Source of the DNA: Candidatus Levyibacteriota bacterium | Lineage (GTDB): Bacteria; Patescibacteriota; Microgenomatia; Levybacterales; UBA12049 | Reading direction: 5' to 3' | Assembly (NCBI GenBank): GCA_027459745.1 | Contig: DAIDHL010000006.1 | Location: 19,578 to 83,577, forward strand | DNA: 64,000 nt | In this document: positions 40,769-49,779 of the stretch, in pieces | Position numbering within the stretch: position 1 is the first letter of the stretch | How the letters are laid out: each line of letters starts with the position of its first letter | Translations under genes and position numbers: made by a program | The notes under the pieces: generated by a model | Databases searched by the model: none | The model's input: the letters and a program-made list of their open reading frames with translations, nothing else | What the model was told of the DNA's origin: nothing

Positions 40769-41713
40769 ATGGCAGGTTTAATCGAGTCTCAAAAAGGGCT
40801 ATCATTTGCTGTAAATCGGGGTATTAAAAAAACAGCCTTTATGGCGAGTAGAACACTAGAACATTTTGGTGTCCATCCTCTAGTACCTCCAAGTGTAAAA
40901 ACTTTAAGCGAAATTCCATTTCGCAACATCAAATTACCAGGTCATAACACACAGATTGAAATATTTGGTGATAGTATGCTCAGACCAGGTGGTAAAAAGC
41001 CCTGGGAAACTACCGAAAAATCAGTGAGTGATTATATAGAAGAATTTACCCATGGCAAAGTATGTGCTAGAAATAACTCAATACCAGGATCCACAACCGA
41101 ACAGATTTATGAAACTTTACTTGATGAATATCCTAGGATAGTTGAATTGCCTTCGGATGTGGTAGTCGGTTTAAAACCTGAATCACTTAATGATGCTCGT
41201 TCATTGATAAGATCAGATTCAGATTTAGTTGGAGATAATCATTTACTTCCTATCCCTACTCATGTATTACGCTTATATCCGGAGTTCTTACTACTTATGA
41301 AAGAGACTTCATTAAATACAGGAAAACTTCTAGATTTATATGAAAACTTAGCCCAGGATCGTCTAAAAAGATGGGGTGATAAATATAATACTGCGCTTTT
41401 ATACCTAACCGAACCACCTTTTTTTAAAGCAAAAACAATGGTCTTTGAGCCAACGGACGGAAGCATGGCAAATCCTTCGCTATTTAAAATTCAGGGTCAT
41501 CCCGTTAATGAAAGAGTTGCCTATCTTATGACAGCGGCATTTATTAAAATTTGTGTTGAGAATATTCTCAAATTAACAAGGAGGAATCGTAATATCATTA
41601 TTTCTGGACTATCCCTTCTGCATCATAATTTATTTGATTCAACCGGACATCTGCCCCAAAAAGAACAACGCAACATCGGAGAGGAAATAGTAAATAAATT
41701 AGAGCTTGATTAG
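40769..41713 (+). CDS. Putative SGNH-like hydrolase
   Basis: IEIFGDSM (GDS block), VGDNH (GxND block), FDSTGHL (DxxH block); weak. Confidence 0.35.
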   Translation: MAGLIESQKGLSFAVNRGIKKTAFMASRTLEHFGVHPLVPPSVKTLSEIPFRNIKLPGHNTQIEIFGDSMLRPGGKKPWETTEKSVSDYIEEFTHGKVCARNNSIPGSTTEQIYETLLDEYPRIVELPSDVVVGLKPESLNDARSLIRSDSDLVGDNHLLPIPTHVLRLYPEFLLLMKETSLNTGKLLDLYENLAQDRLKRWGDKYNTALLYLTEPPFFKAKTMVFEPTDGSMANPSLFKIQGHPVNERVAYLMTAAFIKICVENILKLTRRNRNIIISGLSLLHHNLFDSTGHLPQKEQRNIGEEIVNKLELD

Positions 41714-41726
41714 TATTATCTAATTC

Positions 41727-42551
41727 TCAATTTTTTTTATTTCCACCTTTTTCCCAGCGTACATTATTTAATAGTGAAGAGTACACATCGTCTCCGATCG
41801 ATATTTTAGTACTATCAAGTTCTTCTTGATTGGGATTGCGATCCTGAAATGATACATAATTTGCATCCTCTATTATGGCAAGCGGTTGCTGCTCATCCCC
41901 TTCTCCCATTACTCCTACTGCTGTAGTAGCTAATGTATCAGCCACATTTACTTTTTCTGCATGCATTAGTTTGCCAAAAATATCCGGTTTTCCAATATAG
42001 CTATTAATAGCTGCAAAACCACTATACGCCAGCGCTACGCCAGTTACGCCCCAACGTAAAGGTGAGGTTCGACTATCTGTCATTACTACACCAACATATC
42101 TTAGCTTAAACTTTTGACAAAGATACTCTCTAATCTTATTTACACTTGCCTGAGGATCTTTAGGCCACAACGTATAAAAACCATTACTGTTTGATTCATC
42201 GACTCCAGCAGAAGCAACCAGAATGTTCTGATTTATCGTGATCATAAAGCCATATTGATTAAACTCCCGAGGTAAATATAATTCGGCCTCTTGTTTGGCC
42301 AAAGAATCTTTATCAATGCCAGGTTCAGGTTTTACCATTCGTCCTTCACAAATTGCAACAATTTTTGAAGCTATGGCGACAACTGAATTCTCTTTTAACT
42401 GTGAAATATATTTATCCAGAATGAGGTTTATATCTTTATCTTCCTGCGTGATTTTGTGGGTTTTTATGGCTGTGACTATCATAAAAGCATTATATACAAG
42501 AAGCTGCAGATTAACAAATAGATGCTCGTTTGCTATAATGAGCATGTCCAA
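41727..42551 (-). CDS. F420-0:gamma-glutamyl ligase (CofE)-family protein
   Basis: VAIASKIVAICEGR, ASAGVDESN, VVMTDSRTSPLRWGVTGVALAYSG blocks characteristic of PF01996. Confidence 0.5.
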   Translation of the reverse strand: MDMLIIANEHLFVNLQLLVYNAFMIVTAIKTHKITQEDKDINLILDKYISQLKENSVVAIASKIVAICEGRMVKPEPGIDKDSLAKQEAELYLPREFNQYGFMITINQNILVASAGVDESNSNGFYTLWPKDPQASVNKIREYLCQKFKLRYVGVVMTDSRTSPLRWGVTGVALAYSGFAAINSYIGKPDIFGKLMHAEKVNVADTLATTAVGVMGEGDEQQPLAIIEDANYVSFQDRNPNQEELDSTKISIGDDVYSSLLNNVRWEKGGNKKN

Positions 42552-42581
42552 ATCTGATAGTCCACGTAAACCTTTGTTTAT

Positions 42582-44333
42582 TTAATATGGTGGCCATAGC
42601 TCAATGGTTAGAGCACTAGATTGTGGATCTAGCGGTTGCGGGTTCGACTCCCGTTGGCCACCCCAAATAGGATTTGAAGGGTCAAACGTAGTAGTTTGGG
42701 TTGATTTTGCAGTCTTTTCCTCCGGTTCGAAAGTGTTTGGTTGTTGAACCATAATAGCCTTAGCTTCTTGTATCTTTTCAATGGGCTTTAGTAGGTCTAC
42801 GCTCAGTTTTTTATCCTTTAAGACGAAGTTAATTCCAAGTGCAGAAACAATTGCTCGTTTTTCGTCTGCTGAACCTTTTTCAAACCACCCTCTCGCTTGT
42901 TTAGCAAAATTAAATAATTTTTCCGAATTATCCAGCCATTCATCTTGGGTATCTCCGAGAGCCTTTATTTTTTCTTCAATCTGTTTTCTCTCTAAAATAT
43001 ACTGATTTTTCAGTTTAATATATTCATCATCACTTAAAATTTCTCCATCTTTGTTGGCTTCACTAAAGTATTTTTTGGAAAGATTGTCGAGTCTTCGTGA
43101 AGCCGCTGATATTGCAAATTTTAGATTTTTTAGCATATCAGCTCGAACATTGATATCATCTTGTCGATCTTTACGAAGGATATCCATTGTCCAGTCAATA
43201 AATTCCTGAGGTATGGTAAGGGTAGTAAGTAACTCGTCTATTTGGCGCTCTAAATCGTTTCCAGAAATGCCTGATTGAGTGCATTTAGGATTAAGGTATT
43301 TATCACAGTTGTAATGGATAAGATGTGTTACCTTTTGAGGTGCGATTGTCCCACATTTTGGGCACTTGTCATAGTTTTGAGCGTTAAATCTCTTATGACA
43401 ATTAGTGCAAGTTTTACGGAATCGTTCAGTTCCAGTAATTGATGAAGCACACATACATTTAATAAGATTAGTAAGTGGAAATTCGTGAGCCCTAACCCGT
43501 GGTTTCCCTTTGCGACCAAGAATTATTTGTGCTTTGTCAAATTCTTCTAGTGTAATCATTTGTTTATGTGCTCCTTGTAGTATTTCACCTCGGTACTTAT
43601 ACATTCCAGTATAGAATATGTTTCCAAACATTGCATACATTTGCGAGTCAGAAAGAGGTCTTCCATTCCTTCTGCGAAGTCCCCATTCGTTAGTTGCTAT
43701 TTCAAGTATTTTTGGTGGGCTGTACTGCATATCAAGAAGTAAATCCCACATTTTCCTAATTAAATTGAAACGTCTCTTATCAATAATAATATCGCGTAAT
43801 CCTTGAGGTTTTGCGGTGTTATTCAAATAACCAATAGGAGCAAGGATAGGTGCGTGTCCTGCAAGTATTTTTTCATCCATACCTCTTTTAGTAGCTTTTT
43901 GTAGATCAGTAATAAATTTATTGCTCATTCCAAACTCAACATACATAAGAAGAATATCGTCAATTCCATAGGTTTGAGTAGGCGTAACAATTTTTACGCC
44001 AAAATTTTGTACAAGCCAAATAATACGTCCTCCGTCAACAGGATTGCGAGCCAGACGATTGAGAGCCCAGCACACTATAATCTTAGCTTTTCCCTGTTCA
44101 AGTAGCTGGCACATTTCATTAAATTTAGGTCTGCCCGGTGCTTTTGCAGACTGTTCTTCTTCATAATCGGCAACTGGTTCTTGCGTATTTGTGAAGGAAA
44201 TAGTCTCATGGAATGTACGTTCCTGCGAAGAAATACTCGCCACTTGCTTATTTTTATCCTCTTGAGATTTACGTTTGTATTTTACATAAAGCTCAAGTTT
44301 ATTTCCTGCTAGGTAATATGAGTCATTATTCAT
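42582..44333 (-). CDS. Large serine recombinase (integrase): resolvase-type catalytic domain plus recombinase domain, zinc ribbon and coiled-coil
   Basis: 583 aa; LYVKYKRKSQEDKNKQ N-terminal S-containing block; CxxC...CxxC ribbon (CTNCHKRF...CPKCG); last about 28 codons are the antisense of tRNA-His (..GGQRESNPQPLDPQSSALTIELWPP). Confidence 0.75.
   Translation of the reverse strand: MNNDSYYLAGNKLELYVKYKRKSQEDKNKQVASISSQERTFHETISFTNTQEPVADYEEEQSAKAPGRPKFNEMCQLLEQGKAKIIVCWALNRLARNPVDGGRIIWLVQNFGVKIVTPTQTYGIDDILLMYVEFGMSNKFITDLQKATKRGMDEKILAGHAPILAPIGYLNNTAKPQGLRDIIIDKRRFNLIRKMWDLLLDMQYSPPKILEIATNEWGLRRRNGRPLSDSQMYAMFGNIFYTGMYKYRGEILQGAHKQMITLEEFDKAQIILGRKGKPRVRAHEFPLTNLIKCMCASSITGTERFRKTCTNCHKRFNAQNYDKCPKCGTIAPQKVTHLIHYNCDKYLNPKCTQSGISGNDLERQIDELLTTLTIPQEFIDWTMDILRKDRQDDINVRADMLKNLKFAISAASRRLDNLSKKYFSEANKDGEILSDDEYIKLKNQYILERKQIEEKIKALGDTQDEWLDNSEKLFNFAKQARGWFEKGSADEKRAIVSALGINFVLKDKKLSVDLLKPIEKIQEAKAIMVQQPNTFEPEEKTAKSTQTTTFDPSNPIWGGQRESNPQPLDPQSSALTIELWPPY
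42589..42665 (+). tRNA. tRNA-His (anticodon GTG) with G-1 and encoded CCA
   Basis: G-1 plus acceptor GTGGCCA/TGGCCAC, anticodon stem CTAGA/TCTAG with loop TTGTGGA, T-loop TTCGACT, 3' CCA. Confidence 0.85.
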
Positions 44334-44335
44334 AA

Positions 44336-44485
44336 TTAATTTTCTGGCATTTTTTTGCCAATTACACGAAAAATATTTATTAATCTTCTTGCAAGTTCTT
44401 GAACTTCTTCATCAGTAAGTACTACCCCATATCGCTTGGAATAAAGCTGTTTTAGGGTGGCAAGGTCTTCTGCTAATACGTTCAC
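44336..44485 (-). CDS. Unannotated 49-aa ORF (GTG start, SD AGGGGGTG 7 nt upstream) ending 2 nt before the integrase ATG; candidate recombination-directionality/regulatory protein
   Basis: Translation VNVLAEDLATLKQLYSKRYGVVLTDEEVQELARRLINIFRVIGKKMPEN; strong RBS; too short for the ORF track. Confidence 0.3.
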   Translation of the reverse strand: MNVLAEDLATLKQLYSKRYGVVLTDEEVQELARRLINIFRVIGKKMPEN

Positions 44486-44856
44486 AGATTGCCACCCCCT
44501 AGCTTCCCTATTTGGTAGGTATGTTTTAAGTGTATTGTCTTGAATTTGCCTAAATCAACCTTCGATAGCCACATAAGATTACACAAAAAAACAGCCCTGA
44601 AAAGGCTGTCTAAAAACAAAAAACTCAAACTTTTGTCGAACCTTTTCAGTAAACTGAATGGGTTAACGACCTTGTTTGAGTGTAATCTCTATCTCTGTAA
44701 CTCTGTTAGGTAACCTTATTTGTGTCAATTCGGTCAAGCCGAAAAGATATTCCTCAAAGAGCCTTCTAACGTCTTTGCTACTTCGATATCAGCATCGAAA
44801 CCTGATATTTAATTGTATCTTTACTGTACCACTATATGTATAAAAAAGCAAGATAT

Positions 44857-45432
44857 TTAGCCTTCTGATCTCTTATCAACTTCAAATTCAGCTTCACCAT
44901 TTTTTATTCCTAGTTTAGTTGTAATATAGCCGACAAAAGATGGTTGAGGACAATCAGCGTTAAGACGGCTCTGTTCCTCTGAAAACTCTTTAAGCTTATT
45001 TGTTAACACAAGCTCAGAATCTTTTCCCCAGCAATCAAGAGTTCTAAAAATTCGTACTCTATTATCTAAGGAGTCATAGCTACTTCCTGCTTTGTGGTGA
45101 ATTGCTGATTTTTGATTTGGGTTTAGAAATGTCATTAAACCACTGAGTGCAGCTACAATTAATGCAATAATGCCTGAAATGTTATGGGAGCCATCAAACT
45201 GAGCGAATGACTTCACAGCTACGATTCCTGAAAGGACTGTTGTAGGAACGCCCAGTAGTAGATGGAAGAAACCCCACATTGAGCTATCATTATAATGGCT
45301 TTTAGCACTGAATCGAGCAGATTCTTCAATTCTTAATGCCTCTTTTATAATTTCAGTCTTTGTTTTTGAAACTACTACTTCTGTTGCAGTTGTTTTTTTT
45401 CTTTTAGCCATATGCAGGAAAATAGTCTCCAA
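44857..45432 (-). CDS. 2-TM effector-like protein (SLATT-like), downstream partner of the nucleotidyltransferase
   Basis: 191 aa; two TM helices (FFHLLLGVPTTVLSGIVAV, ISGIIALIVAALSGLMTFL) followed by a charged C-terminal domain; 29-nt overlap with the upstream gene. Confidence 0.4.
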   Translation of the reverse strand: METIFLHMAKRKKTTATEVVVSKTKTEIIKEALRIEESARFSAKSHYNDSSMWGFFHLLLGVPTTVLSGIVAVKSFAQFDGSHNISGIIALIVAALSGLMTFLNPNQKSAIHHKAGSSYDSLDNRVRIFRTLDCWGKDSELVLTNKLKEFSEEQSRLNADCPQPSFVGYITTKLGIKNGEAEFEVDKRSEG

Positions 45433-46288
45433 ATATTAATCTCCATTGTTCTATTGCTTGCCTAATATACCCTCTATTAGCAAAATCCTCTGCTCTTATT
45501 GCTCTATTATATGCAGTTTCAAATTTTGTTACTGCATTATCTATTTTTTCAGGGGAATCTATGTAGTAGCCTATATCGCCACCATATCCAGCAGGATCAG
45601 GATTTTGTTTAGAAATGAGGGTTCTTCCTTTATCAAAGAAATATCTTGTGCCAGTGGAAAAATCACTTATGACAACATATTTCATTATTTCTAAAGCAAG
45701 TGCTTCTAAATGAAATGAATGAAAAAAACTTCCCTTTGTTCTATTCCATGCTTTTATCATTTTTATTAGTGGAACTAATTTATATTCATGTGAAGCATTG
45801 GATTCGGATATAAGCTCGACGTGTTTCGTGGGATCGGTAGCTATCCAGTTCTGTTTGATAGAGTTAGGAATTAAATATCCGCCTCCCTGGCGATGAAATC
45901 CCGGCACAACATCTATCAAAAAGTCATTAAAATGTATTGTTACTGCTTGTCCATCTCTTGATATGTGAGGCGTTCTGGTGTACGTACGTAATAGAGTACG
46001 TTTTACTAAATCCAATAGTCCAGCTTGCCCACCATTTTTACCGTTGTCATAGTTATAGAAGTATTTATTATCCAGTACTACAAAAACGTCTATATCTGCT
46101 TCTTGGAGTGGTGCAATCATTGTATGACGCTTATACGATCCTGTAAGAAAGGAGTCTTGTACGTCCATATTTGCTTCAATTGCTTCTCTAACATTGCTTT
46201 GTCTTGTTGAGACTATAGAAGATTGTGGTTCTGTTATTTCTAAATTTCTCTTAAATTGGAGGAATGATTCGTTTATAGTAATAGCCAT
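45404..46288 (-). CDS. SMODS / CD-NTase-like nucleotidyltransferase (pol-beta superfamily)
   Basis: TGSYKRHTMIAPLQEADIDVFVVLD (GS-x9-DxD) and a downstream acidic residue in DFLIDVVPG; start taken at MAITINES (46288); the ORF track extends to 46321. Confidence 0.55.
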   Translation of the reverse strand: MAITINESFLQFKRNLEITEPQSSIVSTRQSNVREAIEANMDVQDSFLTGSYKRHTMIAPLQEADIDVFVVLDNKYFYNYDNGKNGGQAGLLDLVKRTLLRTYTRTPHISRDGQAVTIHFNDFLIDVVPGFHRQGGGYLIPNSIKQNWIATDPTKHVELISESNASHEYKLVPLIKMIKAWNRTKGSFFHSFHLEALALEIMKYVVISDFSTGTRYFFDKGRTLISKQNPDPAGYGGDIGYYIDSPEKIDNAVTKFETAYNRAIRAEDFANRGYIRQAIEQWRLIFGDYFPAYG

Positions 46289-46321
46289 TTGGCAATGATT
46301 GTAGCACCATAAGATATGCAA

Positions 46322-46954
46322 CTACAATGGTTGTGATTGCCAATCACGTTTTTTTATCCAATGATATAAATTTGCTTCCGTTGTCCCATATCGTTTTGCA
46401 ATAAATCGTTGTGTGCTTCCGTTTGCCAACAAGGCTTTGATTTCCACTTCATATTGATCTAGCTTGCTTTTCCCTACGCCTTTTGGACGTCCCAGCTTGA
46501 TTCCAGCGAGTTTCTTTGCTTGCAGTGCCTCAATAGTGCGCTTGCTGATTAAATCGCGTTCAATTTCGCTTGCCATTGAGAAACACATTGCCACAAGTTT
46601 GCTTTGAATAGAGTTATTCAGCTCCCAACTCCCTTTTATAGCAAAAACATTTATTTGCTTTTGTGTAGCCACAGATAAAATTTCCATAATTTCAAGCATA
46701 GACCTTCCCAGCCTTGAGAGTTCGGAGACAATAAGATTATCTCCCTTTTGCATAGTTTCCAGCAATTCTGCAATCTTCCGCTTTCGCCACGACACTTTCC
46801 CTGATATTTGTTCAGAAACAAACTCCACATGTCCGAGTTGCTTTGTATTTGCCAGTTCCAAAATAGCTGATTTATTCTTCTCTAAGTCTTGCAAGGCAGT
46901 TGAAACTCGAAGGTAAGCATAGGTTTTAGGCTGTGAATTAAATAAAAACGTCAT
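46322..46954 (-). CDS. Small serine recombinase (resolvase/invertase, Hin/Gin-like) with a C-terminal HTH
   Basis: YAYLRVSTALQD catalytic-Ser block, SRLGRS, GRPKG plus HTH (GSTQRFIAKRYGTTEANLYHWIKK). Confidence 0.85.
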   Translation of the reverse strand: MTFLFNSQPKTYAYLRVSTALQDLEKNKSAILELANTKQLGHVEFVSEQISGKVSWRKRKIAELLETMQKGDNLIVSELSRLGRSMLEIMEILSVATQKQINVFAIKGSWELNNSIQSKLVAMCFSMASEIERDLISKRTIEALQAKKLAGIKLGRPKGVGKSKLDQYEVEIKALLANGSTQRFIAKRYGTTEANLYHWIKKRDWQSQPL

Positions 46955-47073
46955 GTTTATAATTTTATTATTATCATCCTTATAACAAAATCAAGCCTTT
47001 TCTTTTGTGGTTTCTTTTTAGGATAAATGAACGTTTTTGCTATAGAGAGCAATGCTATAATTATTCCAATATA

Positions 47074-48291
47074 ATGAAGGACTATTTCCATATCAATGAA
47101 GTTAGACCACAGGAGTTAATGCGGATATTGTTGATGCATTTCAACCAAGCTCAAAACATTAGTGATTTCACATATAGATATAAAAATCCAAGTTCAAGTA
47201 ACTATATCGATGTCTTTTGTAACGAAGATGGAAGTATAAAAAATATAGTTATATCTAAAGATTTCCCAGAAGAAGAACTTATGCAACTGAAGCAGAAAAT
47301 TCAAGATAATTTGATTACAGATAATGGCGAAATGGTTGGACAGATTATTGGTTTCTGTACAGAAAAAATATCAGGGTATTTTAAGTACAAAGATTTATTT
47401 CAAATATTTCCAGTCCCAGACAGTTCGCCAAAGCCTGATGTTGCTATTGCAGACCATCCTTTTGTTTTTGAGGTTAAGTTCAAAAAAAGTCCAGATTTTA
47501 CTATTAACAACAGTAGAAAAATGGAAAAAGCTATAATTTATTCCCGTTTATTAAATCAGTTGGTAAATCAGCACATTTGGTTAGGTAATAGGTACGGTCA
47601 ATTTGCATGGGCATACATTAATGTGGAAGATGTGGCTAATTTAACGAGCAAATGGGTTCAGTTGGGGTATATCCCAAAGGGCTTAGAAGATAACGGAGGA
47701 CGATTTTCATCACTAGATGCATTAAAACCAATAGAAAGAGAAGAATTCAATAAATACTATTCTTCTATGGGTAGGTCTACTGCAGATTTTAAGCTGCCAG
47801 ATAATTTGGAAGCCTCTTTAGACAAGGCTTTCTCTCTTGGTAGTTCCAAATGGAAGAAGTTCTTCATGGCTTGTAGCTGGTATGCTCAACATCCTTTTAC
47901 TTGGCAAGAATCACATTCATCTGCCTTTATAGAGTTAGTAACAGCTCTTGAATGCCTTGCTCAGGACAAGGATGTTTGTAAGTGCTGCAATCAACCCCTC
48001 TTGGAGAATGAAGACATCTGTAAATGCTGTGGACAGCCGCGTTATAGAGTAACAAAGCATTTCCAGCAATTCTTGAAGGAGTATGTACCAAGTATAGATC
48101 ACTATCCTCTAGCGAAAAAGACAATTTATCAAATTAGGTCGCAGCTTGCACATGGTATGGATTTATTACAGGCAGATTTAGAACCTTGGCATTTTATGAT
48201 GGATGCAAGGCAGGATGATCAGAGAAAACTACAATCTGACCTATACTTTATAACGCGTACTGCTATTTACAATTGGCTTCATAAGGCTTAA
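47074..48291 (+). CDS. Uncharacterised protein with a twin CKCC Zn-ribbon and an R-x4-H (HEPN-like) motif; defence-island cargo
   Basis: Start at ATG 47074 after a TATAAT; C-terminus CKCCNQPLLENEDICKCCGQP ... IRSQLAHG. Confidence 0.4.
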   Translation: MKDYFHINEVRPQELMRILLMHFNQAQNISDFTYRYKNPSSSNYIDVFCNEDGSIKNIVISKDFPEEELMQLKQKIQDNLITDNGEMVGQIIGFCTEKISGYFKYKDLFQIFPVPDSSPKPDVAIADHPFVFEVKFKKSPDFTINNSRKMEKAIIYSRLLNQLVNQHIWLGNRYGQFAWAYINVEDVANLTSKWVQLGYIPKGLEDNGGRFSSLDALKPIEREEFNKYYSSMGRSTADFKLPDNLEASLDKAFSLGSSKWKKFFMACSWYAQHPFTWQESHSSAFIELVTALECLAQDKDVCKCCNQPLLENEDICKCCGQPRYRVTKHFQQFLKEYVPSIDHYPLAKKTIYQIRSQLAHGMDLLQADLEPWHFMMDARQDDQRKLQSDLYFITRTAIYNWLHKA

Positions 48292-48300
48292 TGTATAAGC

Positions 48301-49044
48301 ATGAAAAAGCAAAAAATTAAAGCTAGCAAATTACGAAACACCTCTGATCCTACTTTAGCAAAACCACACGCAAAAGGAGCAAATGTAGCTCTTGTTCAGC
48401 CGTCAAAAGACAATGTATGGGGAAGATTTTACTTTGTTCAATATCATAGGTATCCGCTGTTGCTTTCCAAAAGCGCAAATTACTACAAGGACGTAATTGA
48501 TTTACTGACAAAAGCAAGAGCTTTACCCGTAGGAAAAGATAATACTCGATTATTAGATGACCAGTTGCGCGATGAACTTGAATTTGCCTCTATGCAGTTT
48601 CTGATTTTTACCAAACTTGCATTTGAATATATGACTACAGAAATGCTAACAATGATAAACAACATCCATCTCCACAAAGGCGGTAAAGTTGAAGTTCCTT
48701 GGGAGAACTTTTCAATTACTGAACGCTTGACCATACTTCTTAAAAATTTGAATCTTAAATTTATTGTTCCTGATTGTCTCAATAAAATTCTTACTAATAG
48801 AGATTTAGTTGAACATCCTTCAAAAGATCGTCTTTACTCCCCGACAGAAGACGAGTGGAAAAATGTGCATCTTGCATGGGTACTTAGTGGAGAGATAGAA
48901 GGTTGCTTAGATAAACTTGTGAACTTTGTTAATCCAATCATTGAAGCATTTGATAAATTTGTTGATGCAAATCAAATTCCTGGACAATTAACGGGTCTGC
49001 AAAGAGGATTAAAATCGATAGATAATTTCAAAAAGTCAAAGTAA
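48301..49044 (+). CDS. Uncharacterised protein with an R-x4-H motif (TNRDLVEHPS); likely operon partner of the 47074 gene
   Basis: 9-nt intergenic gap; no recognisable family. Confidence 0.35.
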   Translation: MKKQKIKASKLRNTSDPTLAKPHAKGANVALVQPSKDNVWGRFYFVQYHRYPLLLSKSANYYKDVIDLLTKARALPVGKDNTRLLDDQLRDELEFASMQFLIFTKLAFEYMTTEMLTMINNIHLHKGGKVEVPWENFSITERLTILLKNLNLKFIVPDCLNKILTNRDLVEHPSKDRLYSPTEDEWKNVHLAWVLSGEIEGCLDKLVNFVNPIIEAFDKFVDANQIPGQLTGLQRGLKSIDNFKKSK

Positions 49045-49053
49045 AAGTGGTAA

Positions 49054-49779
49054 TTATAAAGAATCTGCGTAAGCTTGAATTAGAAGTTTTGCTCGTTCTT
49101 TACATTCGTTTTCTGTTAATCTCCTATTTGCAGGAGTAACGGCATGTCTTTGAAGTTGAGTCGTTTGTCTAACATCTGTTGCAAATGACTCATTTTGTCC
49201 AGCGAGTGCTGCGAGTTGTCTCCAACCACCTACATGATGGGCAATTATTTCAAGTGCCTTATAGATGCCATAAAGAGGTTTGTCGTCATCAATAATTTCT
49301 TCATTAAAATAATGTAATGCGTGTTTTAAGGTATCATCATTAAGCGCTTTATTTACTATTAAAGTATCATTTATAGGGCTAGCGCTATCGTGCATTTCCT
49401 GCGTTACTATGAGTGCTGTGCCTTGTATAGTTACTTGGTGAGTTGTTGTCTGAATCTGAACGCGTTCTACTGCCTTTGCAGCATCATGTATTCCTAAGAA
49501 GTGATCTTTGTGTCCTTCAGCATTTGTTTTCCATGTATGGTTGAAATTAACACTTACTTTTATATTTTGCCGGAAAGCCCATGCATCTAAGTATAATTCT
49601 GCAATATTTTTTGCTTCTTCAAGTTGATTCTCGTCATCTACACCAACGTACAAAATTCCATCTCTTATTTCTATTTCAGTACCATCGGGATTATAAAAAA
49701 CTTCACAAACATCCTTAAAGGGAAAATTGATAATCTCGCCTTGAATTCCGTAGGGTTTGTTCATAAATGATAACTTCAA
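49054..49779 (-). CDS. Uncharacterised 241-aa protein translationally coupled to the Type III res gene
   Basis: TTG start overlapping the res TGA (TTGA overlap); alternative ATG 15 nt downstream (49762-49764). Confidence 0.35.
   Translation of the reverse strand: MKLSFMNKPYGIQGEIINFPFKDVCEVFYNPDGTEIEIRDGILYVGVDDENQLEEAKNIAELYLDAWAFRQNIKVSVNFNHTWKTNAEGHKDHFLGIHDAAKAVERVQIQTTTHQVTIQGTALIVTQEMHDSASPINDTLIVNKALNDDTLKHALHYFNEEIIDDDKPLYGIYKALEIIAHHVGGWRQLAALAGQNESFATDVRQTTQLQRHAVTPANRRLTENECKERAKLLIQAYADSL

Noticed and set aside
44857-45432. Considered whether the 2-TM protein could be a holin or lysis protein of a prophage
   Set aside because: There is no endolysin or other lysis or structural genes nearby, and it is translationally overlapped with a nucleotidyltransferase, which fits a CBASS-type effector better.
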